From: a virus
Lineage: Duplodnaviria > Caudoviricetes
Virus record (IMG/VR): IMGVR_UViG_3300032290_000772
Coordinates: 1 to 33,264 of that record
Direction: 5' to 3' (one strand)
Length of the DNA: 33,264 bases
In this document: positions 25,970 through 33,264 of the stretch, piece after piece
Layout of the letters: each line of letters opens with the position of its first letter
Position numbering within the stretch: the stretch's first letter is position 1
The notes under the pieces: model-generated
What the model was told of the DNA's origin: nothing
Seen by the model: the letters and a program-made list of their open reading frames with translations, nothing else
Database searches by the model: none
Made by a program: the position numbers and the translations under genes

Positions 25970-26578
25970 ATGACAACAAACACAGAACTAACAGAATTTG
26001 CGGATTTTCCAAAAATCACTCGGCTATCCCGCGAATGTATCATCACGGAAAAACTCGACGGCACGAACGCGCAAGTATGCATCACGGAAGATGGGCAAAT
26101 GCTCGTCGGCTCGCGGACACGCTGGATTACTCCGGATCAGGACAACTACGGATTCGCGGCGTGGGCATACGCACACCGCGATGAACTTATGACGCTCGGA
26201 GTTGGGCGGCACTTCGGGGAATGGTGGGGCCAAGGTATCCAGCGCAAATACGGCATGGCCGAAAAGCGGTGGAGTCTGTTCAACGTCTCCCGATGGTGCA
26301 TTACTGGCGAAACTCCGCAACGCATCCCGACCGCTGACCCACGCATCGTGAAAATGCAGGACGTGTTACCAGCTTGTTGCTCGCTTGTTCCAGTGCTGTA
26401 TAGAGGAATCTTTACGACGGACGCTTGTGAAGCGGCAATTGCTGGCCTGCGGGCGAATGGCAGCAAAGCCGCGCCGGGTTTCAGGAATCCGGAAGGAATC
26501 ATCTGCTACCACATCGCAGGCGGATTCGGCTTCAAGAAGACGCTGGAAAAAGACGAGGCTCCAAAATCAACACTTTAA
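25970..26578 (+). CDS. RNA ligase, Rnl2-like adenylyltransferase domain only
   Basis: Motif I EKLDGTN, GSR, FGEWWG.GIQ, LFN, VPVLY.G, PEGII and terminal FKK. Confidence 0.85.
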   Translation: MTTNTELTEFADFPKITRLSRECIITEKLDGTNAQVCITEDGQMLVGSRTRWITPDQDNYGFAAWAYAHRDELMTLGVGRHFGEWWGQGIQRKYGMAEKRWSLFNVSRWCITGETPQRIPTADPRIVKMQDVLPACCSLVPVLYRGIFTTDACEAAIAGLRANGSKAAPGFRNPEGIICYHIAGGFGFKKTLEKDEAPKSTL

Positions 26579-26579
26579 T

Positions 26580-26735
26580 ATGACAACAAAACCGAAAAAA
26601 CCAAAGCGCGAGATGACCGGAGTTCATCTTCCGCCGAAACTGAAAGATGAACTGCGGAAAGAGGCTGGCGGAGAGGGCAGGTCGCTTTCATCGCACATCT
26701 TCTGCATCCTGCGGGACCGAAAGGAGAAACAATGA
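26580..26735 (+). CDS. Arc/ribbon-helix-helix DNA-binding protein
   Basis: TGVHLPPKLKDELRKEA..EGRSLS. Confidence 0.75.
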   Translation: MTTKPKKPKREMTGVHLPPKLKDELRKEAGGEGRSLSSHIFCILRDRKEKQ

Positions 26736-27592
26736 GCAACGAACTAGAAAAAGCACCGGAAAAGCAGGATATTCGCGGCTTGATTACAAGCGAGCAGATG
26801 CGCGGGAAGATTGCTGAGGTATTGCCGAAATACCTCACCGCAGAGCAGATGACCCGCGTGATGGCTGGAACGATTGCGCGAGTGCCGAAGCTGGCGGAAT
26901 GCACAACGGCGAGTCTGTTAAATGCGCTCATGCTGTGTGCTCAGGCTGGCATCCTTCCAGACGGACGAAACGCGCACCTGCTTCCGTTCAAGTGCTACAA
27001 CAAGGAACTTGAATGCAACGAAATGCTTGTCCAAGTCATTTTCGACTACAAGGGATTGATTCAAATTGCCGAACGAAACGGAGTCCAAAACATCCGTGCA
27101 ATCGCGGTTCACGAAAAAGACGTGTTTGATTACGGCATGGAAGGCGCAAATGTAACCTTCAAATGGAATCCTGATTTCATTGGCGACCGTGGAAAGCTCG
27201 TCGCATTCGCAGCAACCTGCATTCGCGACGGCAACACGGACGTTGAAGTGATGACGAAAGACGAAGTTGACGCGATCCGCAAACGTAGCAAGGCGAGTAG
27301 TTCCGGACCTTGGGTGACTGACTACGCGGAGATGGGAAAAAAGACTGTCCTACGTCGCATGTCGAAACGCTGGCCTTTGTCTCCGGAGCAAAGCGCGGCA
27401 CTTGATACAGAGGCGAAAGAGGAATACTCGTTGACGCAAGTGTTCGCGCCAAAGTTCACAGAGAAGCAAATTGCAAGCTCAATTTTCGGAACGCAAGAGC
27501 AACAAATTGCAGCAATAGAGCAAATGACAGAAGACATGAAGGACAGCGAGAAAATGCCGGAGCCGGACCTTGCGGACCACGATTTGATGTGA
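26732..27592 (+). CDS. recT: RecT-family ssDNA annealing protein
   Basis: PKLAECT..SL..A....AQ.G, A.L.PF, YKGLIQ.A.R and PWVTDY.EM.KKTVLRR..K.WP motifs. Confidence 0.92.
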   Translation: MSNELEKAPEKQDIRGLITSEQMRGKIAEVLPKYLTAEQMTRVMAGTIARVPKLAECTTASLLNALMLCAQAGILPDGRNAHLLPFKCYNKELECNEMLVQVIFDYKGLIQIAERNGVQNIRAIAVHEKDVFDYGMEGANVTFKWNPDFIGDRGKLVAFAATCIRDGNTDVEVMTKDEVDAIRKRSKASSSGPWVTDYAEMGKKTVLRRMSKRWPLSPEQSAALDTEAKEEYSLTQVFAPKFTEKQIASSIFGTQEQQIAAIEQMTEDMKDSEKMPEPDLADHDLM

Positions 27593-27600
27593 AACCTTTC

Positions 27601-27743
27601 TCCGTTCGCGAAAAACTCTGAAAACAGAAAATTAACGGATGGCCGCAATGCGCGAAAAGGCACGGCTCGGAAAGCTCGAACACCGTAAATGCGTAGAACC
27701 AACTGCAAGAGCGAGCAACGCGGTGACAGCCGGAAAGACGGCA
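27601..27743 (+). ncRNA. Structured RNA candidate 1
   Basis: TCCGTT/AACGGA hairpin, CCGC...GCGG closed multiloop, terminal GCCG-GAAAGA-CGGC hairpin. Confidence 0.4.
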
Positions 27744-27757
27744 TAACTTTTACAACT

Positions 27758-27848
27758 TTGCCAGCGGTAAAACTACCGGCTGACGTGCAAGGGAACCTTG
27801 GTGAAAACACGGAAGCAAATCGTGAATCTTGTGATTCACGGCTGGCAA
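27758..27848 (+). ncRNA. Structured RNA candidate 2, multibranch
   Basis: TTGCCAGC/GCTGGCAA closing stem enclosing GGTA/TACC, CAAGG/CCTTG and CGTGAATC/GATTCACG hairpins. Confidence 0.55.
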
Positions 27849-27858
27849 TTCAATTTTA

Positions 27859-28018
27859 GACTCAGCGGCGTGGACAGTGACACGCACCCCGATGTTCTGC
27901 GGCCCTATTGGAATCGCAAAAGCGGTTTACGGGATGATCGCGATACATCTCAAGCAGCGGGCGAGGTATTTGAAACAGAGGGCAAATAATAGCCGGTGCA
28001 ATTCCGGCCTGAGTCACC
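27859..28018 (+). ncRNA. tRNA-like RNA with an expanded anticodon region
   Basis: 7-bp acceptor GACTCAG/CTGAGTC, then ACC; D-like arm GCGTG/CACGC; T-like arm GCCGG-TGCAATT-CCGGC. Confidence 0.65.
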
Positions 28019-28039
28019 TTTAACACAAAACAGAACACA

Positions 28040-28258
28040 ATGACCACAGAACATAAACTAAAAGCCATACGCGAGAAGTGCGCGGAGCGGATTGCATACG
28101 CAGAGAGTAATGCCACTGACCTCTACGGAGGTGACGCAATAGCAGGATGGGAATCGACGATTGCGGCGATTGATTTACTCACGGATAACGGCAGCGATTA
28201 CGTGACATATGAACAGGAATCGAAGGAAATTATCTCAGCATGGGAGGGACTGGCATGA
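28040..28258 (+). CDS. Hypothetical protein
   Basis: 72 aa with A/C-rich leader. Confidence 0.65.
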   Translation: MTTEHKLKAIREKCAERIAYAESNATDLYGGDAIAGWESTIAAIDLLTDNGSDYVTYEQESKEIISAWEGLA

Positions 28259-29370
28259 CCGACGAACGACGCGGACACACAAGCGCAAGCAACGCAGCGG
28301 CAGACCGGCTATGCCCCGGCAGACATAAGGCGCAGAAAGGGCTTGAAGAAACCGAAAGCGCAGAGGCTTCACAAGGGACGCTGATTCACGACGTATTCGC
28401 CGGACTGAAAGAAGAAAGCGTTCTCGACGCAGACAGCGCAAAAACCCTACGGCGAGCGCATGAAATCGAGTCAATCATCCTCGGAAATTGGCTATGCGGA
28501 ATCGACGTGAAAATACCGGCTGAATGCCACCGTGAGGAACGGCTATGGAACTACGTAGAGACTCACAGCGGGCAGGCCGATGCGTTTTGGCTAGTTGACG
28601 CGGAAGGCGGAAAGCACGCGCTTCTTGAGGACTTGAAGAGCCTTTACGGTGACCATCAGGACGCGGACGAAAACGAACAGCTTCGCGACTTGGCGGCGTT
28701 GATTTACTGCAACCACGGAGTGCAAAGCGTGACGGCTTTTATCAATCAGCCCCGCGTCGCTTGGAAAGTTGAGGACGTGAAACTCGTCCGCTATTCCGAG
28801 AAGGACTTGATGCGGGCTTACCGCGAGATGAACGAGCGTGTTTTAGCGTCAAACGACTTGAACGCAAAGCGCATCGTCGGGCCGAAACAATGCCAGCATT
28901 GCAAAGCGGCAGGAACCGCACGATGCCCCGAGTCGCAAAAGGCACTTGTGACGCTTGGAACGGCTACCTTTGACATTGAGACAGCTTCGCCGGCAGAGCG
29001 CGGAGACTGGCTGGAAAAGCTGACGATGATTGCCGGAATCGCAGAAAAGAGCATATCAGAACTCAAAGCAGGAATCCGCAAGAACGGCGACGGATGGGCG
29101 GAAGGCTGGGGACTAGGGAAAGCAAAGCGGACACGCGAGATTGCCCCGCAGTCGATTCCTTTAATCGGCGCAACTTTGTCTTCCTACTTTTCAGAGTTTG
29201 AACCAATCCAACTCGCTAAATGCTGCAAAATCTCAGCGCCGAAGTTGCAGGAACTCCACGCAAAACTTTCAGGCTTCAAAGGCAAGCAGGCGTTCGACCA
29301 TTTTGAATTCCTATTTAGCGAGCTAATCGACACAACCGAACAGCAACAGCCGGTTCAACGAATCAAATAA
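28255..29370 (+). CDS. Cas4-like / DUF2800-like PD-(D/E)XK exonuclease
   Basis: SAS...LCPG, GT.IH, GQAD, DLKS, QL and CQHC......CP, giving four Cys of an Fe-S-type site; likely RecT partner. Confidence 0.8.
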   Translation: MTDERRGHTSASNAAADRLCPGRHKAQKGLEETESAEASQGTLIHDVFAGLKEESVLDADSAKTLRRAHEIESIILGNWLCGIDVKIPAECHREERLWNYVETHSGQADAFWLVDAEGGKHALLEDLKSLYGDHQDADENEQLRDLAALIYCNHGVQSVTAFINQPRVAWKVEDVKLVRYSEKDLMRAYREMNERVLASNDLNAKRIVGPKQCQHCKAAGTARCPESQKALVTLGTATFDIETASPAERGDWLEKLTMIAGIAEKSISELKAGIRKNGDGWAEGWGLGKAKRTREIAPQSIPLIGATLSSYFSEFEPIQLAKCCKISAPKLQELHAKLSGFKGKQAFDHFEFLFSELIDTTEQQQPVQRIK

Positions 29371-29371
29371 T

Positions 29372-29638
29372 ATGCAAAAGCGACACTTTAACGACCCGCC
29401 AACAATCCGCGAGATGCTCGACCACATGGAAAAAACTCGGACTTGTGACGCGCCTTGCCTTGTAGCGATGCTTCGCCTAGCCGTGAACACGCTCAACTGG
29501 TATGCTAACGGACAAGGGCCGGAGACGCGACTAGATGACAACGGCGACCTTGCAACCGGAACACTCCAGAGCATCGAGCGCGGACTTTGGGCTACTGCGC
29601 CGCAAGAACTTTGGTATGAACAAAAGGAGGCAAAATGA
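29372..29638 (+). CDS. Hypothetical protein
   Basis: 88 aa, LNWYAN...DNG.LA phage-like motif, tiled in operon. Confidence 0.6.
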   Translation: MQKRHFNDPPTIREMLDHMEKTRTCDAPCLVAMLRLAVNTLNWYANGQGPETRLDDNGDLATGTLQSIERGLWATAPQELWYEQKEAK

Positions 29639-30159
29639 CCGAATCAAAGGACAGTATCGAAATCACGCCAGAAATGAAGGCGTTGCGCCAAAAGATTCAC
29701 GACTCCATCGGATCGCCGGAGATGTGTCCGCACATGCGCATGAAAGACGAATGCGAATTCTGCGCGGCGAAGGAGTGGAATGGGATGAAAATTGCGCTCG
29801 CATCAATGGGTTCAATCGCGGAATCCACGCAGTTGAGGGTTTCCGAGCTAGAAGACGCGCTCGACCTTAACCGCGACGAATTTGCGAGAATTCACGCAAT
29901 CGCAAGCGGGGGCGAATTGCTATCCGAAGAAGCACGAGAAGTGAAGGGAATCTGCGAACGCGCCAGAGAAAGAACGTGGCAGCTTGTCCCGATGATAGAG
30001 CAACTGGAAGCAGCAAACGCGAGAATTCAAACATTGGCAGACGCTCTTTCCTCGCTTATTTACACCGCAGAGAGGACAGCTGAATTGATAACCTCCGCTT
30101 CCGACCGCTATGACATCGACGTTGCGATTGAATCGGCAAAGGAGATACTTAAAAAATGA
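29635..30159 (+). CDS. Hypothetical coiled-coil protein
   Basis: AAGGAGG RBS, ATGA overlap, CPH...CEFC. Confidence 0.65.
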   Translation: MTESKDSIEITPEMKALRQKIHDSIGSPEMCPHMRMKDECEFCAAKEWNGMKIALASMGSIAESTQLRVSELEDALDLNRDEFARIHAIASGGELLSEEAREVKGICERARERTWQLVPMIEQLEAANARIQTLADALSSLIYTAERTAELITSASDRYDIDVAIESAKEILKK

Positions 30160-30428
30160 AAAGAGAACTTGAATCAAAACAATCACGCGACAACTACGAC
30201 GCAATCAGCGCAAAGCTATTCGTTGGCACTGCGCTTGCAAATAGCGTTATGTCAGGCGGTACAAATACAAACGATATGGAGTCCAAAAGATTGCGCGAAA
30301 TCCGAAAGCTGCGCGCAAAACTAGACAACTGCCGCGATGCACTAAAAGCAACGCTTGAAAACTGCGCGAGTCTTCCGGATTCAATCGTCACCAAAATCAC
30401 AATCGCAATAGCTCAATCTTACGAATAA
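30156..30428 (+). CDS. Hypothetical protein
   Basis: 90 aa, ATGA overlap. Confidence 0.55.
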   Translation: MKRELESKQSRDNYDAISAKLFVGTALANSVMSGGTNTNDMESKRLREIRKLRAKLDNCRDALKATLENCASLPDSIVTKITIAIAQSYE

Positions 30429-30432
30429 ACAA

Positions 30433-30711
30433 ATGAAACCAACACCTATTCACTACTTCATTTTCGTTCGTCCACCGGGTTCGTTCACGTGGACGATGCA
30501 CACAAGTTCATCCGGAACACCTTGGAGGACTGGCGACGTTGAAAGAGCAAACAGAATGGCACAGCAAATTTCAGAGCACTCGACATATTGTGCCATCGTC
30601 AAAGGCATCGAACTTCCGCAGGGCCAAGACACTGAGCAATACGCGCTTTTCGCTGATGGAGACACGGTTTACAAGCCGACGGAACCGCACTTTTCAAAGC
30701 GGACGAAATAA
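30433..30711 (+). CDS. Hypothetical protein
   Basis: 92 aa, tiled in operon. Confidence 0.6.
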   Translation: MKPTPIHYFIFVRPPGSFTWTMHTSSSGTPWRTGDVERANRMAQQISEHSTYCAIVKGIELPQGQDTEQYALFADGDTVYKPTEPHFSKRTK

Positions 30712-30716
30712 CAAAT

Positions 30717-30822
30717 TTACCGTGGCACAACGCCAGTCGCGCAGGGCAAACAAAGTGAAATATTTTCGCTAGGGTTTGAAAGAGACTTGTGCGATTCCCG
30801 GACCTGAGGCGAGGGACGGTGA
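30717..30822 (+). ncRNA. Structured intergenic RNA / leader candidate
   Basis: Nested stems TTACCGT/ACGGTGA, CGCC/GGCG, AGTCGCGCAGG/CTTGTGCGATT, CAAAC/GTTTG, AGTGAAA/TTTCGCT. Confidence 0.5.
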
Positions 30823-30848
30823 AGACTCTTAAAACAGAAAACAGAAAC

Positions 30849-33056
30849 ATGAATAACACACTAGAACAATACGAACAGATCATCAACTCCAAGCGAGTTA
30901 AACAGAAACCCGCAGGCTTTGAGCCGATGCCATTTACGGCACCGCTTTTTGAGTGGCAAAAGGTTGTCGTTTCGTGGGCAATTAAACAGGGACGCGCCGC
31001 ATTATTTGCCGAATGCGGGCTTGGTAAGACCCCGATGCAACTGGAATGGGCGGATCAAGTTTGCCGTCACACTGGCGGAAGCGTTCTGATTCTTGCGCCT
31101 TTGGCAGTAAGCCCGCAGACAGTTGCGGAAGGTGCGAAGTTCGGAATCGAAGTCAATCATGCCCGCTCGCAGGATGACGTGAAGCCGGGAGTGAATATCA
31201 CGAACTATGAACGGCTCGACTTGTTCAAGCCAGAACACTTCGCGGGCGTTGTATTGGATGAAAGTTCGATCCTGAAATCGTTTCAAGGTAAGACTCGCAT
31301 CGGACTCACGAACTCGTTTGCGCGGACTCCATACCGTCTATGCTGCACCGCGACGCCCGCGCCAAACGATTACACCGAGATGGGCCAACACGCTGATTTC
31401 CTCGGGGTGTGCTCACCCGCCCAGATGCTCGCGACTTACTTCATCAACGATACTTTCAACACCGGAGACTGGCGTTTAAAGGGCCATGCAAGAACGATGT
31501 TCTGGGAATGGGTTGCAACATGGGCCGCGTGCATATCAAAACCGTCTGACATTGGTTTTCCCGACGATGGATATGACCTTCCGTCGCTGAACTTGATCAC
31601 TGAAATGGTTCATGTTGATCAGACACGCGAACGCGCAGAAGGTGAACTTTTCCGAAACCCAACGCTATCGGCAACGAATCTGCATCAGGAAATGCGGATC
31701 ACGAATGAGGCAAGGTGTAAGCGAGTTGCGGAAATCATCGCGGAAAAACCAGATGAGCTATGGACGGTTTGGTGCAATACAAATTACGAAGCTGACGAAC
31801 TCCGTCGAGTTTTGCCAGACGCCGTTGAAATTCGCGGATGCGACAAGCCGGAATTGAAAGAAAAGCGACTTAACCAATTCACTAATTCAGAACTAAAGAC
31901 GCTTATCACAAAGTGTGATATCGCAGGGCGTGGTTTAAATTGGCAGCATTGCGCGAATACGATATTCTGCGGGCTTTCATACTCGTTTGAGGACTTGTAT
32001 CAGGCATTGCGTCGTCACTACCGATTCGGCCAACTCCGCGAAGTAAACGCATACATTGTGCAAGCCGACACGGAAGGGCCGATTCTCGACGCGATCCGCG
32101 AAAAGATGGCGAAGCATGAGGAAATGAAAACCGAGATGCGACAAGCCGCGCTTTCACTCAAAAACCAAACACATACAACTAAAATGAAAACAGACATCAA
32201 CGAAGAAACAGGGACAGACTTCACCGTTTACCACGGCGATTGCGTCCGCGTCGCAAAGGAAAAACTTTCCGATGAATCAATAGACTTCTCAATTTTCAGC
32301 CCGCCTTTTGCGGACTTATTCACGTATTCGGATGACATTTCCGATATGGGCAACTGCGGAGGACTGGACGAGTTTATGGTGCAATTTGGATTCCTGATTG
32401 ACGAACTAATGCGAGTGACCGTTCCGGGACGTGAATGCGCCGTTCATTGCTGCGATCTTCTCGCAACGAAATGGAAGGATGGAGATATTGAGTTTAAGGA
32501 CTTCTCCGGCGCGATTGTGACGGCATTCCGCTCGCGTGGATGGCTTCTCCATTCAAAGGTTACGATCTGGAAAGACCCCGTGACCGAGATGCAACGCACA
32601 AAGGCGCATGGGCTTCTTTACAAGACGCTGCGAACGGACTCCGCAAACGTCCGCGTTGGTGCGCCCGATTATCTTCTTGTATTCCGCAAGCCGGGACGCA
32701 ATCCAAAGCCAATTGACCACACAACAGACGACATTCCGCTAGACCGCTGGCAGGAATTGGCATCGCCGGTCTGGATGAAAGTAGACCAAGGGAATGTTCT
32801 CAACGGACGCGAAGCGCGAGAAGACCGAGACGAACGGCACATTTGCCCATTGCAACTCGACGTAATCAACAACGCTCTCACTCTATGGAGCGCACCGGGA
32901 GACACGGTTTTCTCACCGTTTACCGGCATCGGCAGCGAAGGATATTGCGCCTTGCAAATGGGCAGGAAGTTTGTTGGCGCGGAGCTGAAAGAGTCATACT
33001 TTAAAACCGCCTGCGACAATCTGAAATCAGCAAAGCAGCAACTTACGCTCCTATGA
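30849..33056 (+). CDS. SF2 (SNF2-like) helicase fused to an N4-C/N6-A DNA methyltransferase
   Basis: CGLGKT, LDESS, TATP, GLNWQ, QA.RR..RFGQ; then GDC, FSPPF, HICPLQ and FSPFTGIGS (beta-class order); ATG at 30849. Confidence 0.9.
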   Translation: MNNTLEQYEQIINSKRVKQKPAGFEPMPFTAPLFEWQKVVVSWAIKQGRAALFAECGLGKTPMQLEWADQVCRHTGGSVLILAPLAVSPQTVAEGAKFGIEVNHARSQDDVKPGVNITNYERLDLFKPEHFAGVVLDESSILKSFQGKTRIGLTNSFARTPYRLCCTATPAPNDYTEMGQHADFLGVCSPAQMLATYFINDTFNTGDWRLKGHARTMFWEWVATWAACISKPSDIGFPDDGYDLPSLNLITEMVHVDQTRERAEGELFRNPTLSATNLHQEMRITNEARCKRVAEIIAEKPDELWTVWCNTNYEADELRRVLPDAVEIRGCDKPELKEKRLNQFTNSELKTLITKCDIAGRGLNWQHCANTIFCGLSYSFEDLYQALRRHYRFGQLREVNAYIVQADTEGPILDAIREKMAKHEEMKTEMRQAALSLKNQTHTTKMKTDINEETGTDFTVYHGDCVRVAKEKLSDESIDFSIFSPPFADLFTYSDDISDMGNCGGLDEFMVQFGFLIDELMRVTVPGRECAVHCCDLLATKWKDGDIEFKDFSGAIVTAFRSRGWLLHSKVTIWKDPVTEMQRTKAHGLLYKTLRTDSANVRVGAPDYLLVFRKPGRNPKPIDHTTDDIPLDRWQELASPVWMKVDQGNVLNGREAREDRDERHICPLQLDVINNALTLWSAPGDTVFSPFTGIGSEGYCALQMGRKFVGAELKESYFKTACDNLKSAKQQLTLL

Positions 33057-33264
33057 CCCGCACATGCGAAACCTGCATCCACTACCACGAGGAGGAGTTT
33101 AACGCATTTTGCAAACGCAATCCGCCGGTTGACGATTACCGCTGGCCGAAGGTTCTAAAAGGCCATTCATGCTCCGAATACAAGCAAAGCCAAAAAGCAG
33201 CGCGAGCTATGAAAGTGAACGTGCCGACGACGGAAATCTCGAAGCGGATTGCGGACCTTTTCGG
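33053..33264 (+). CDS. Cys-rich hypothetical protein, truncated by the window edge
   Basis: Not in the ORF track. MTRTCETCIHYHEEEFNAFCKRNPPVDDYRWPKVLKGHSCSEY..., ATGA overlap, open to the end. Confidence 0.65.
   Translation, partial: MTRTCETCIHYHEEEFNAFCKRNPPVDDYRWPKVLKGHSCSEYKQSQKAARAMKVNVPTTEISKRIADLF

Noticed and set aside
27798-27989. 63-aa ORF across the RNA array
   Set aside because: TTG start inside a hairpin, no leader or motif, and it crosses two structured units.
27859-28018. Canonical tRNA, intron-containing tRNA or tmRNA
   Set aside because: No TTC T-loop, no 7-nt anticodon loop, insert too short for a group I intron, and no G3-U70 pair or tag reading frame.
4568-33088. Numerous minus-strand and nested ORFs in the six-frame track
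   Set aside because: They are shadows of well-supported, tightly tiled + strand genes and carry no recognisable motifs.
1-33264. Alternative genetic code
   Set aside because: Genes tile densely in the standard code, and TAA, TGA and TAG all serve as stops.

Overview
The window is most of a tailed dsDNA phage genome, probably a siphovirus of a Gram-negative host. No integrase, clear repressor, tRNA or CRISPR array is visible. Left end: four small leftward early genes, then a replication-initiator-like gene with iteron-like repeats. Middle: a lambda-like packaging and head module (Nu1-like small terminase, GpA large terminase, gpW-like adaptor, portal, S49 protease, scaffold) paired with a P22-coat-like capsid, with five accessory genes inserted between terminase and head, followed by tail genes, two candidate receptor-binding proteins and a lysis cassette. 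Right end: an early/middle block with RNA ligase, RHH regulator, RecT, a Cas4-like nuclease and a helicase-DNA methyltransferase fusion. The strongest leads are: (1) an intact stand-alone response-regulator receiver domain translationally coupled inside the lysis cassette; (2) a TTTGAC-N14-17-ATG element before six virion genes, too compact for a normal sigma70 promoter; (3) three tandem structured RNAs after recT, one a tRNA-like RNA with a large insertion. All family calls come from recognising motifs by eye; no database searches were run.
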